DNA of 57,210 bases, from assembly GCA_964497635.1 (NCBI GenBank), contig CAZCDB010000001.1:1-57210 (forward strand), written 5' to 3'. How positions within the stretch are numbered: position 1 is the stretch's first letter; each line of letters opens with the position of its first letter. Made by a program: the position numbers and the translations under genes. Shown piece by piece: positions 9,016 to 18,856 of this stretch. Under the pieces are notes generated by a model. The model saw nothing but the letters and a program-made list of their open reading frames with translations, made no database searches and had not been told where the DNA came from. This DNA comes from an uncultured Planctomycetia bacterium. Lineage in GTDB: Bacteria > Omnitrophota > Gorgyraeia > 2-02-FULL-51-18.

Positions 9016-10317
9016 TTGATCAATCGCTACACGCTCCCCGAAATGGGGAAGATCTGGACCGAGGAAAATCGGTTTAGAGTCATGCTCGAAGTCGAAGTCG
9101 CCGCCTGCGAGGCGATGGCCGCGCTGCACCTTATCCCCAAAAAATCCGCCCAAAACATCCGTAAAAAAGCCTCTTTTCAGTTGTCACAAGTCCATAAATA
9201 TGAACAAGTTACAAAGCATGATGTCACCGCATTTTTAAAGAGTATCGCTGATTTTGTCGGACCCGATGCTCGCTTTATTCACAAGGGGTTGACCTCTAGC
9301 GACGTGTTGGATACCGCACTTAGCTTGCAGATTCGGGAAGCGCTGGATCTCTTGGTTGACACGGTGGGTGAATTTACCCTTCTTTTGAAGAAAAAAGCCA
9401 TTCAGTACCAAAACACCCCGATGATGGGCCGCTCGCATGGGGTGCACGCCGAGCCGGTGACCTTGGGTCTTAAATTCCTTCTTTTTTATGATGAATTTCG
9501 CCGCAATCTGACGCGTCTTGAAAATGCCCGCAAAGTCATCTCTTACGGCAAGATTTCCGGGGCTGTGGGTACGTACGCCAACATTGATCCCCGCGTCGAA
9601 GACAAAACTTTGAAAATTTTGAAGCTTGAAACAGCGCCTGTCTCCACTCAAGTTTTACAGCGCGATCGTCATGCGGAAGTTTTGTCGTCTCTTGCGATTT
9701 TAGGCGGCTCCCTTGAAAAACTAGCCACGGAAATCCGTCATTTGCAAAAAACAGAGACATTGGAGCTTGAAGAGCCTTTTGCTGAGGGTCAGACGGGGTC
9801 CAGTGCCATGCCCCACAAGAGAAATCCCGTGAACTGCGAGCGCATCGCGGGCTTGGCACGCCTACTTCGAGCCAACTCCCACGCGGCGGTTGAAAATATC
9901 GCCCTCTGGCATGAGCGCGACATCACCCACTCGTCGGTGGAGCGCATCATTCTCCCAGATTCTTTTATCCTGGCACATTTTATGATGTCCGAGATGAAGG
10001 CGGTCATCAAGGATTTGCATGTCTATCCGCAAAACATGATGGACAATATTTGGAAAACCCGCGGACTTATTTTCTCTCAACGTGCGCTCTTGGCGCTCAT
10101 CGACAAGGGTCTTTCGCGAGAAGCCGCCTATAAAATCATCCAAAAGAACGCGATGCGTGTCTGGAAAGACAAAAACTTGAATCTCAAGGATCTTCTTTTG
10201 GAAGAAAAAGACGTGATGGCTCATTTTTCAAAAAAAGAGATCGAGGCACTTTTTCATCTGGATTATCACTTAAAACACGTGGGAACGATTTTTAAAAGAG
10301 TTCTCAAGCGGAGATAA
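9016..10317 (+). CDS. purB: Adenylosuccinate lyase
   Basis: TTG start. RYTLPEMGKIWTEENRF N-terminus, GLTSSDVLDTA, and the GSSAMPHKRNP signature loop of the fumarase/ASL superfamily. Confidence 0.95.
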   Translation: MINRYTLPEMGKIWTEENRFRVMLEVEVAACEAMAALHLIPKKSAQNIRKKASFQLSQVHKYEQVTKHDVTAFLKSIADFVGPDARFIHKGLTSSDVLDTALSLQIREALDLLVDTVGEFTLLLKKKAIQYQNTPMMGRSHGVHAEPVTLGLKFLLFYDEFRRNLTRLENARKVISYGKISGAVGTYANIDPRVEDKTLKILKLETAPVSTQVLQRDRHAEVLSSLAILGGSLEKLATEIRHLQKTETLELEEPFAEGQTGSSAMPHKRNPVNCERIAGLARLLRANSHAAVENIALWHERDITHSSVERIILPDSFILAHFMMSEMKAVIKDLHVYPQNMMDNIWKTRGLIFSQRALLALIDKGLSREAAYKIIQKNAMRVWKDKNLNLKDLLLEEKDVMAHFSKKEIEALFHLDYHLKHVGTIFKRVLKRR

Positions 10318-10319
10318 AA

Positions 10320-10559
10320 ATGAAAGCCAAAGTTTACGTCACGTTAAGAAAGTCAGTGTTTGATCCCCAAGGCAAAGCCGTGCAGGGAGCGCTGGCTTCC
10401 ATGGGTTTTAACGACGTCCAAAACGTCCGCATGGGCAAATACATTGAGCTTGAGCTCGGCACCACCGAAAAAGCAAAAGCCGAAGAAAAGATCAAAATAA
10501 TGTGCGAAAAACTTTTAGCTAATACGGTTATTGAGGATTATAGGTACGAACTAAACTAA
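10320..10559 (+). CDS. purS: FGAM synthase subunit PurS
   Basis: 79 aa with VYVTLRKSVFDPQGKAVQGAL, typical of PurS. It lies directly upstream of purQ. Confidence 0.9.
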   Translation: MKAKVYVTLRKSVFDPQGKAVQGALASMGFNDVQNVRMGKYIELELGTTEKAKAEEKIKIMCEKLLANTVIEDYRYELN

Positions 10560-11222
10560 ATGAAATTTGGCGTTGTTGTTTTCCCAGGATCTAATTGTGA
10601 TTATGACTGCTATCACGTTTTGAAAAACGTGTTGCAGAAGGAGACGGATTTTATCTGGCACAAGGACCGGGATATTTCTAAATATGACTGTATTGTCCTA
10701 CCCGGGGGATTTAGTTACGGGGATTATCTGAGAACAGGCTCGATCGCGCGGTTTTCTCCTGTCATGGAGAGCGTCTACAAGCACGCGGACCGGGGCAAGC
10801 TTGTGATCGGGATTTGTAATGGCTTTCAGATTTTGCTCGAGGCAGGTCTTCTGCCGGGAGCGATGCTACGCAACCGCTCCCTGAAGTTTATCTGCAAATT
10901 TGTCGAGCTTCAGGTTCAAACCACGAACACCCCTTTTACCAAAAAAGCCAAAAAAGGCGAGATTTTAAACATCCCTATTGCGCATGGAGAGGGGAACTAT
11001 TTTGCCGATGAGGCGACGCTCTTTGAGCTTAAACAAAACGACCAGATTGTTGTGAAGTACAAGGAAAACCCCAACGGGTCTTTGGAGGACATCGCCGGCA
11101 TTTGCAACTTTAAGCGCAATGTCTTTGGTCTCATGCCCCATCCCGAGCGTGCCTCTGAAAAAGAGCTGGGCTCAACGGATGGCCTCCGGATTTTTCAGTC
11201 GATCGTGGAGTCGCTCTCATGA
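10560..11222 (+). CDS. purQ: FGAM synthase glutaminase subunit PurQ
   Basis: FPGSNCDYD, the GICNGFQ nucleophile elbow and MPHPER (His-Glu of the triad). Confidence 0.95.
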   Translation: MKFGVVVFPGSNCDYDCYHVLKNVLQKETDFIWHKDRDISKYDCIVLPGGFSYGDYLRTGSIARFSPVMESVYKHADRGKLVIGICNGFQILLEAGLLPGAMLRNRSLKFICKFVELQVQTTNTPFTKKAKKGEILNIPIAHGEGNYFADEATLFELKQNDQIVVKYKENPNGSLEDIAGICNFKRNVFGLMPHPERASEKELGSTDGLRIFQSIVESLS

Positions 11223-13459
11223 GCACCCTAGTGATTGAAATCACTCCCGAAATCATTCAAAAACATGGCATTACACCTTCGGAGTACGAAGAAATCAAAA
11301 AGGTTTTGGGCCGTGCACCCAACCTCACGGAGCTGGGTATTTTTAGCGTCATGTGGAGCGAGCACTGCTCGTACAAAAATTCAAAAAATGTACTGAAGCT
11401 TTTGCCCAAAGATGGTGCGCGGATGCTGGTGAAAGCCGGTGAAGAAAACGCGGGCGTTGTCGATATCGGCGATGGATACGTCATTGCTTTTAAGGTGGAG
11501 TCTCACAATCATCCTTCGGCGATTGAGCCGTTTCAAGGGGCCGCGACGGGGGTGGGTGGGATTTTAAGAGATATTTTTACGATGGGCGCGAGGCCTATTG
11601 TCGCGATGAATTCGCTTCGTTTTGGAAAACTCGCGGATAAAAACGCCAGTGCCGAAGAGCTTACTACCAAGCGGCTTTTTTCAGGGGTGGTTTCGGGGAT
11701 CGCGCACTACGGCAATTGTTTCGGCGTGCCTACCATTGGCGGCGAAGTTTATTTTGACGAAAGTTATGAGGGAAATCCTCTCGTGAATGCGTTTGCTCTG
11801 GGGCTTGCCAAGCGCGAAGAGATTGTCAAAGCCAAAGCTGAGGGCGTGGGAAATCCTGTCTTTTATCTGGGTGCCTCCACCGGCCGCGATGGCATGGGCG
11901 GCGCTAGCTTTGCCTCCAAAGATCTCACTGAAGAGTCGGAGAAAGACCGCCCGGCAGTGCAAGTCGGCGACCCCTTTATGGAAAAACTTCTTCTGGAAGC
12001 GGTCTTAGAGCTTTTGAAGTCTGGTTCTGTTGTGGGAATTCAGGATATGGGCGCGGCGGGACTGACCTGCTCGACTTGTGAGACCGCTTCCCGTGGAAGT
12101 ACCGGCATTGAGATTGATGTCGCCAAAGTTCCTCAACGTGAAGCGGGTATGGTGCCGTATGAGATCATGCTCTCGGAGTCCCAAGAGCGGATGCTTGTGA
12201 TCATCCAAAAAGGCAAAGAACACATTGCTAAGCGGATTTTTGATAAGTGGGATCTTCACGCGGAAGAGATTGGTTTTGTCACTGGGGATGGCCTCATGCG
12301 CGTCAAAGAAAACGGCGTCACCGTGGCCGAGATTCCCGCCAAGCGCCTGGCGGATGACGCGCCGCTTTACACACGCGAGGAAAGAGAGCCCGCTTACTAT
12401 AAAAAATCTCAAAGTTTTGACCCCAAGAGCCTTGGAAGTGCCGGGGATCTTAACGCTGTTCTTTTAAAAATTTTAGATTCACCTACCGTCGCGAGTAAGC
12501 AGTGGGTGTACGAGCAGTACGACCACATGGTGCGTACCAACACGACGGTTCTTCCGGGTTCGGACGCCTCGGTAGTTCGCGTCAAGGGTACGGATAAGTC
12601 GATCGCTATCTCGCTGGATTGCAACTCAACTTACTGTTATCTAGATCCTTACGAGGGTGGAAAAATTGTCGTGGCAGAGTCCGCGCGCAATGTTGTGTGT
12701 TCCGGGGCCCGACCCCTTTCTATCACCAACTGTCTTAACTTTGGAAATCCCCACAACCCTGAGATTTTCTGGCAGCTTAAAAAATCCATCGAAGGGATGC
12801 GGGATGCCTGCCTTGCTTTTGACACACCGGTTTCCGGGGGTAACGTTTCTCTCTACAATCAGAACCCACGAGGGGCCGTCGATCCAACCCCGGTGGTTGG
12901 GATGGTTGGGCTTCTGGAAGGTCGTGAACCGATGACCTCTCATTTTAAAAATGAAGGCGACGTGATCATTCTTTTGGGCAAAACAAAAGAAGAGTTGGGC
13001 GGTTCTGAGTTTTTGAAAACCATTTTCAATGTGAAGTCTGGAAAAACCCCTTCTTTAGATCTTAAAGAAGCCAAAACTTTAATTGATCTCATGCTGGATC
13101 TCTCAGAGAAAAAACTTTTGCAGTCGGCTCATGACTGTGCCGAGGGGGGGCTTGCGGTGGCGCTGGCCGAGTCTTGTATCACTTCTCAAGGAAAAGAAAT
13201 CGGGGCGGTGGTGGAAGTCGCCGCGGATGGGATTTCCAAAGAAGCGCTTCTTTTTGGCGAGACGCAGTCGCGCATTGTCCTCTCGGTCAAACCGGAGCAG
13301 TTGGCACAGGCCGAGGCCTGCATCCAGAAATTTTCTTATCCGTACCAAGTGATCGGTAAAGTCAAAGGACGTGATTTAAAAATCAACGATTGTCTTCAAG
13401 TGGCTGTGCCGGTACTAAGTCACACTTGGAGAAATGCAATCTCAAGAAGGATGGCCTGA
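11219..13459 (+). CDS. purL: FGAM synthase subunit PurL (small type)
   Basis: 746 aa. [15 protein letters not shown], the duplicated AIR-synthase-like fold and a 4-nt overlap with purQ. Confidence 0.95.
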   Translation: MSTLVIEITPEIIQKHGITPSEYEEIKKVLGRAPNLTELGIFSVMWSEHCSYKNSKNVLKLLPKDGARMLVKAGEENAGVVDIGDGYVIAFKVESHNHPSAIEPFQGAATGVGGILRDIFTMGARPIVAMNSLRFGKLADKNASAEELTTKRLFSGVVSGIAHYGNCFGVPTIGGEVYFDESYEGNPLVNAFALGLAKREEIVKAKAEGVGNPVFYLGASTGRDGMGGASFASKDLTEESEKDRPAVQVGDPFMEKLLLEAVLELLKSGSVVGIQDMGAAGLTCSTCETASRGSTGIEIDVAKVPQREAGMVPYEIMLSESQERMLVIIQKGKEHIAKRIFDKWDLHAEEIGFVTGDGLMRVKENGVTVAEIPAKRLADDAPLYTREEREPAYYKKSQSFDPKSLGSAGDLNAVLLKILDSPTVASKQWVYEQYDHMVRTNTTVLPGSDASVVRVKGTDKSIAISLDCNSTYCYLDPYEGGKIVVAESARNVVCSGARPLSITNCLNFGNPHNPEIFWQLKKSIEGMRDACLAFDTPVSGGNVSLYNQNPRGAVDPTPVVGMVGLLEGREPMTSHFKNEGDVIILLGKTKEELGGSEFLKTIFNVKSGKTPSLDLKEAKTLIDLMLDLSEKKLLQSAHDCAEGGLAVALAESCITSQGKEIGAVVEVAADGISKEALLFGETQSRIVLSVKPEQLAQAEACIQKFSYPYQVIGKVKGRDLKINDCLQVAVPVLSHTWRNAISRRMA

Positions 13460-13462
13460 CCC

Positions 13463-13717
13463 ATGAAAGAAATCATTCAGTCGCTAGAAAAAATATCAAA
13501 GCTGGCGGCGGCGCAGGCAGCCGATGTCAAAGAGCTTGAAAAGGCCATCAGCGCGGCGCGTGATGCCATCAAAAAAAACGAAAAAGATTCAAGACTTGAA
13601 ACCCTCGATGGCGAGTTGTCCATATGGCAGTCCAAATTATCAGTGATCGTTAAAGAACCTATTGGCCGGCAGGGGATATCCAAACACTGCTTACACTGGG
13701 TCGGAAAACTAAAATAA
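13463..13717 (+). CDS. Hypothetical 84-aa helical protein wedged between purL and purF
   Basis: The ORF starts 3 nt after the purL stop, and its TAA overlaps the purF ATG by 1 nt (TAATG). It is Ala/Lys/Glu-rich and predicted helical. I recognise no family. Confidence 0.5.
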   Translation: MKEIIQSLEKISKLAAAQAADVKELEKAISAARDAIKKNEKDSRLETLDGELSIWQSKLSVIVKEPIGRQGISKHCLHWVGKLK

Positions 13718-15111
13718 TGGATGAATTAAAAGATAAGTGCGGAGTGTTTGGAGTTTTTGGACACACGGACGCGGCGTATTTGGCGTACCTAGGGCTTTAC
13801 GCGCTCCAGCACCGGGGGGAGGAATCTGCCGGGATTGTGACTTCCAACGGTCGTAAAATGGCCGCTCATCTGGGCATGGGTCATGTGCAGGATATTTTTG
13901 ATGGGAATCAACTAGAGAGGCTTCCGGGGGATCGTGCGATCGGGCATGTTCGCTACTCCACGACAGGCTCTAGCAATATTAAAAATGCCCAACCGATTTT
14001 AGTCGACTATTCCCGCGGGGAAGTGGCCATCGGGCACAACGGAAATCTGGTCAACGCCAATATTTTGCGTGCCGAGCTTGAAGCCCATGGGTCTATTTTT
14101 CAGACGACCACCGATAGCGAGATTATTATTCATCTGATGGCAAGGCCTCAGCATCGCAATGTTAAAGAAGGGGTCATGGATGCCCTTTCACGTGTCAAAG
14201 GGGCTTATTCGGTTGTGATTTTGACCAATGATATGTTGATCGCAGCCAGAGACCCTCAAGGGTTTCGCCCTTTATGGCTTGGGAAGCTGGGGAATGCTTG
14301 GGTGGTGTCCAGCGAGACTTGCGCGTTTGACATCATGGACGCGACAGCGGTGCGGGAAGTGGCTCCGGGGGAGGCTGTGTTTATTACGGCGCAAGGACTG
14401 ACTTCTGAAAAAATAGAGTCGGAAGGGGCCAAGCATGCACATTGTATTTTTGAGCACGTGTATTTTTCAAGACCGGATTCTAAAATTTTTGGTGAGAGTG
14501 TGCATCTAGTTCGGCAGAAGTTTGGCCGCCGCCTAGCCCAAGAATCCCACGTGGATGCCGATATTGTGGTGCCGGTGCCGGATTCGGGAAACTCCGCAGC
14601 TCTTGGATACTCACAAGAGTCTGGGATTCCATTGGAAACAGCGATTATCCGCAATCATTATGTGGGTCGCACCTTCATCCAACCAACTCAAGGGATGCGC
14701 GACTTTAAAGTCCGCGTCAAATTTAATCTAATTCGTGAAGTTTTAAAAGATAAGCGCATCGTGGTGGTCGATGACTCGATTGTGCGTGGGACCACTTCCA
14801 AGATGCGTGTTAAAAGCCTGCGGCTAGCGGGAGCCAAGGAAGTGCATTTGAGGATCAGCTGTCCGCCGCATCGTTTTCCTTGCGCGTACGGGATTGATTT
14901 TCCGACGAAGGAAGAGTTGATTTCTAATAAGTATTCCAAGGAAGAAATTTGCAAGTATTTGGAGTGTGATTCGGTGGAGTATTTATCCTTGGATGGGATG
15001 CTCTCGTGTGTGAGCTATCCCAAGGAGAGTTATTGCACGGCTTGCTGGAGCGGAAATTATCCCGTTCCTTTTGAAGCAGTGGACAAATTTCATGCGGAGA
15101 AATGTCGATGA
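13717..15111 (+). CDS. purF: Amidophosphoribosyltransferase, with a short propeptide and Cys-rich C-terminus
   Basis: MDELKDKCGVFGVFG (Ntn Cys after a 7-aa propeptide), VVVDDSIVRGTT PRPP loop, and C-terminal CTACWSGNYP as in Fe-S type PurF. Confidence 0.95.
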   Translation: MDELKDKCGVFGVFGHTDAAYLAYLGLYALQHRGEESAGIVTSNGRKMAAHLGMGHVQDIFDGNQLERLPGDRAIGHVRYSTTGSSNIKNAQPILVDYSRGEVAIGHNGNLVNANILRAELEAHGSIFQTTTDSEIIIHLMARPQHRNVKEGVMDALSRVKGAYSVVILTNDMLIAARDPQGFRPLWLGKLGNAWVVSSETCAFDIMDATAVREVAPGEAVFITAQGLTSEKIESEGAKHAHCIFEHVYFSRPDSKIFGESVHLVRQKFGRRLAQESHVDADIVVPVPDSGNSAALGYSQESGIPLETAIIRNHYVGRTFIQPTQGMRDFKVRVKFNLIREVLKDKRIVVVDDSIVRGTTSKMRVKSLRLAGAKEVHLRISCPPHRFPCAYGIDFPTKEELISNKYSKEEICKYLECDSVEYLSLDGMLSCVSYPKESYCTACWSGNYPVPFEAVDKFHAEKCR

Positions 15112-16115
15112 AAGTTTCTAAAAAGAAAAGTGTGAGTTACAAAAACTCAGGAGTGGATATTGACCGGGCCGATGATTTTATCGAAGCGATCAAGCCGCTG
15201 GCCAAGTCAACGCGTCGTCCGGAAGTCATGGGTGGTATCGGCGGGTTTGGCGCGCTTTGTCGTTTTCCCTCCAAATACAAAAAGCCGATCATGGTCAGCT
15301 CCACGGATGGAGTGGGTACCAAGCTTAAAGCTGCCCAACAGGTGGGAATTGTTGAGGGGTTGGGGATTGATCTGGTCGCCATGAACGTCAATGATATTTT
15401 GACGATGGGGGCTGAGCCTTTATTTTTTCTCGATTATTTTGCGGTGGGCAAAATTGATGTCCAAATGATGAAATCAATTGTGACAGGGATCGCCGAGGGT
15501 TGCCGTCAGGCGGGTTGTGCGCTCATCGGGGGTGAAACCGCTGAAATGCCAGGACTTTATAAGGTGGGAGATTTTGATCTAGCTGGGTTTACCGTCGGCG
15601 TGGTCGAAGAATCCAAAATCATTGATGGAAGCAAGGTCGAGAGCGGGCAGGTGATCATCGGGCTTGCCTCCAGCGGAGTGCATTCCAACGGGTTTTCTCT
15701 GGTCCGAAAAGTTCTGAAAGAAGATTTTATCAAGCAGCACGCGGCGGAGATTGTAAAGCCTACCAAGATTTATGTAAAACCCATCCTGTCTTTGATTGAG
15801 AAGGAGCCCGTTTTTGCGATGGCGCATATTACAGGGGGTGGGTTTTTTGACAATATCCCACGAGTGCTTCCCAAGGGTTGTGGCGCTAAGATCCATATGG
15901 GCAGCTGGCCTATCCCGCGGGTTTTCCGCTGGATACAGGAAGCGGGAAATGTCGAGGCGCGCGAGATGTACCGGACATTTAATATGGGCGTCGGGTTTAT
16001 TTTGGTCACACCCAAGGAAAACGCCGTGAAAGTGATTTCTCATTTAGCAACATTTAAACAGCATGCCTGGATTGTGGGAGAAATCATCAAAGGCGAAGGG
16101 GTGATGGTCCAATGA
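15102..16115 (+). CDS. purM: AIR synthetase
   Basis: SYKNSGVDID, STDGVGTK, DLVAMNVNDIL and GGETAEMPG motifs. Confidence 0.95.
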   Translation: MSMKVSKKKSVSYKNSGVDIDRADDFIEAIKPLAKSTRRPEVMGGIGGFGALCRFPSKYKKPIMVSSTDGVGTKLKAAQQVGIVEGLGIDLVAMNVNDILTMGAEPLFFLDYFAVGKIDVQMMKSIVTGIAEGCRQAGCALIGGETAEMPGLYKVGDFDLAGFTVGVVEESKIIDGSKVESGQVIIGLASSGVHSNGFSLVRKVLKEDFIKQHAAEIVKPTKIYVKPILSLIEKEPVFAMAHITGGGFFDNIPRVLPKGCGAKIHMGSWPIPRVFRWIQEAGNVEAREMYRTFNMGVGFILVTPKENAVKVISHLATFKQHAWIVGEIIKGEGVMVQ

Positions 16116-17389
16116 AAGTCCTAGTCATTGGTAATGGTGGAAGAGAGCATGCGATTTGTTGGAAGCTTTCTCAGAGTCCGAAGCTGACGAAGCTTTACGC
16201 CGCCCCTGGAAACGCGGGGATCGCTGAGGTCGCACAATTGGTGGATATTCCCGCCAAAGATCAAGAGGCGCTTCTGAAATTTGTCAAAAAAGAGGAAATT
16301 GGTCTGGTGGTGGTGGGCCCTGAGGCACCTTTGGTGGACGGGATTGTGGATCGTTTTGAAAAAGAGGGCGTGAAGATTTTTGGACCTAGTCAGTACTGCG
16401 CGCAGCTGGAGGGCTCTAAAGTTTTTTCCAAAGAAATGATGAAAAAGCTCGGGATTCCTACGGCGGATTTTGAAGTTTTTAGCTCGGCTGAGAAAGCCAT
16501 GGATCATGTGGCCAAGCAGGGCGTTCCCATCGTGATCAAGGTGGATGGATTGGCGGGGGGGAAAGGTGTGGTCGTTGCCACGTCCATGCCCAAGGCCATG
16601 GAAGCCATCCACTTGCATATGGTCAAAAAGGTTTTTGGTAAGGCCGGGGAAAAAGTCATCTTAGAAGAGTGTCTTTCGGGGGAGGAGGCTTCGATCATTG
16701 CGGTGACTGATGGCACGACGGTGCATCTTTTGGCTTCCAGCCAAGATCATAAAAGACTCTACGACGGCGATCATGGCCCCAATACCGGCGGGATGGGAGC
16801 TTACTCTCCAGCACCGGTGGTGACCGACGAAGTGGAGAAAGAAATTTTGAAAAAAGTTTTTATGCCGATCGTGAGTGAATTTAAGGCGTTGGGGCATCCT
16901 TACAAAGGTTTTCTTTACGCGGGGATTATGCTCACGCCCAAGGGTTTTCGGGTTTTAGAATTTAACACGCGTTTAGGTGACCCTGAGACACAGGCGATTT
17001 TACCCCGTCTTAAAAATGATTTACTTGAGATTATCCTGGCAACGGTTGAGGAGAGGCTTTACGCGACAAAGCTTGAGTGGAAAGATGAAGAGTGTGTTTG
17101 CGTGGTGCTGGCCTCTGAGGGGTATCCTGAGAACTATGAAGTGGGCAGAAAAATCGCGGGAATATCCATCGCCCGGGAAGACCGGGATGTGCATGTGTTT
17201 CACGCGGGGACGCGTCGTGAAAATGGCGACCTTTTGACTGCGGGAGGCCGTGTGCTAAACGTGGTGGGTTGTGGGAGAACTTTTTTTGAAGCTTTGTCCA
17301 AAACCTACAATGCAGTCGAGAAGATTTTTTTTGATAAGATGGTTTATCGTAAAGATATCGGGCATCGGGCTGCCCGAGTTTTGAAATAA
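16112..17389 (+). CDS. purD: Phosphoribosylamine-glycine ligase
   Basis: MKVLVIGNGGREHA, the ATP-grasp segment VIKVDGLAGGKGV, and EFNTRLGDPETQ. Confidence 0.95.
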   Translation: MKVLVIGNGGREHAICWKLSQSPKLTKLYAAPGNAGIAEVAQLVDIPAKDQEALLKFVKKEEIGLVVVGPEAPLVDGIVDRFEKEGVKIFGPSQYCAQLEGSKVFSKEMMKKLGIPTADFEVFSSAEKAMDHVAKQGVPIVIKVDGLAGGKGVVVATSMPKAMEAIHLHMVKKVFGKAGEKVILEECLSGEEASIIAVTDGTTVHLLASSQDHKRLYDGDHGPNTGGMGAYSPAPVVTDEVEKEILKKVFMPIVSEFKALGHPYKGFLYAGIMLTPKGFRVLEFNTRLGDPETQAILPRLKNDLLEIILATVEERLYATKLEWKDEECVCVVLASEGYPENYEVGRKIAGISIAREDRDVHVFHAGTRRENGDLLTAGGRVLNVVGCGRTFFEALSKTYNAVEKIFFDKMVYRKDIGHRAARVLK

Positions 17390-17402
17390 CAGGAGGATTT
17401 CA

Positions 17403-17888
17403 ATGAAGCCAAGAGTGGCAATTATGATGGGAAGTGATTCGGATGCGGAAACACTCAAACCTTGTGGGGAAGTCTTGCGGGAATTTGGAGTGCCTTTTGT
17501 GGCGCGAGTATTGTCGGCTCACCGGACACCCCGTCAGGCGGTGGAGTTTGCCGAAGCGGCTAAAGGAGAAGGGATTGAAGTAATTATCTGCGCGGCGGGT
17601 GGTGCGGCGCATTTGGCCGGTGTTGTCGCAGCGCACACAGAGCTACCGGTGATCGGTATTCCTGTGGTTACGGATTTTATGGGGGGCTTGGATTCGCTCT
17701 TGGCAACGGTTCAGATGCCGGCCGGGACGCCGGTGGCGACGGTGGGAGCTCATTCAGGTGGAGTTCGTAATGCCGCATTTCTTGCGATCCGCATGATGGC
17801 GATGAAAGACGCCTCGCTTGAGAAGGCGCTGGTGGAGTACAAACAAAAGAACGTCGAAAAGATTCTTAAAAAAACAGTCAATCTGTGA
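17403..17888 (+). CDS. purE: N5-CAIR mutase-type PurE
   Basis: VAIMMGSDSD, SAHRTP, AAGGAAHLAGVVAA and VIGIPV. Confidence 0.9.
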   Translation: MKPRVAIMMGSDSDAETLKPCGEVLREFGVPFVARVLSAHRTPRQAVEFAEAAKGEGIEVIICAAGGAAHLAGVVAAHTELPVIGIPVVTDFMGGLDSLLATVQMPAGTPVATVGAHSGGVRNAAFLAIRMMAMKDASLEKALVEYKQKNVEKILKKTVNL

Positions 17889-18346
17889 CACAAAACATTC
17901 TTTTTGTCTGCACGGGAAATAGCTGCCGCTCGGTGATGGCGGAGGGACTGTTTAAAAAAGCGATGCAGTCGCGGCAAAAAGATTTTGTGGTGGGTTCTGC
18001 TGGTGTGGCGGCTCCGGACGGCATGGCCTCGACCCAGGAGACAATCCGCGCGATGAAGCGGGCCGGGGTGGATATGTCAGGTCATCGGAGTCGACGTCTT
18101 ACCCAGAGCTTGGTGGAGACGGCCGATAAGATTTACGTGATGGAAAAGTTTCATGAGCTCTTGATTTTAAATAGCTGGCCGCAGGCCAAGAATAAAGTGC
18201 ACCTTTTAATGGAGTACTCTCCGGAGCGGATCCCCGGAATGGAGCCAGACGATGTGCCGGACCCTATCCAGACTTCCGATGAATATTATGGACAGATTTT
18301 GAAGGTTGTTGAAGGTTGCATCGAAAATATTGTTAAGACGTTATAA
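17885..18346 (+). CDS. Low-molecular-weight protein phosphatase (YwlE-like)
   Basis: GTG start overlapping the purE stop. P-loop LFVCTGNSCRSVMAEG (CX5R-S) and the downstream DVPDP general-acid Asp. Confidence 0.85.
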   Translation: MTQNILFVCTGNSCRSVMAEGLFKKAMQSRQKDFVVGSAGVAAPDGMASTQETIRAMKRAGVDMSGHRSRRLTQSLVETADKIYVMEKFHELLILNSWPQAKNKVHLLMEYSPERIPGMEPDDVPDPIQTSDEYYGQILKVVEGCIENIVKTL

Positions 18347-18364
18347 GAATAACCCGGAGGAATT

Positions 18365-18856
18365 ATGAGAATAGCTTTAGGCGCGGATCATGGAGGCTTT
18401 ACGCTCAAAAACGAGATCCATAGTTTTCTGAAGGGCCAGGGACATGAAACCGTGGATTATGGCACTTTTTCTCCCGAGTCTTGTGACTATCCGGAGTTTG
18501 CCAACAAGGTGGCCAAATCCGTTTCTGATAAAAAGTCGGATGCGGGTATTTTGATCTGCAAGAGCGGCAACGGGATGGCAATCGTAGCCAATAAGTTCCC
18601 TGGGGTTCGTGCCGCCATCTGTTTTGATAAAAACGTGGCTCTTTTGTCCCGTCAGCATAATGACGCCAATATTTTGGTGCTTGGTTCCGAGCATCTTTTT
18701 GATGACCCTGAGCAGATCATTAAAGCGTGGCTTTCTTCAGGATTTGAAGGGGGCCGCCATAAAAGACGTGTGGACCAAATCATCAAGCTTGAAAATAAGC
18801 TTTGTCCTAAGCCTGCGCCTAAAAAAACCATCAAGAAGAAGGGAAAAAAGAAATGA
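18365..18856 (+). CDS. rpiB: Ribose-5-phosphate isomerase B with a Lys-rich C-terminal tail
   Basis: [36 protein letters not shown] and GGRHKRRV. It carries an extra tail, [19 protein letters not shown]. Confidence 0.9.
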   Translation: MRIALGADHGGFTLKNEIHSFLKGQGHETVDYGTFSPESCDYPEFANKVAKSVSDKKSDAGILICKSGNGMAIVANKFPGVRAAICFDKNVALLSRQHNDANILVLGSEHLFDDPEQIIKAWLSSGFEGGRHKRRVDQIIKLENKLCPKPAPKKTIKKKGKKK

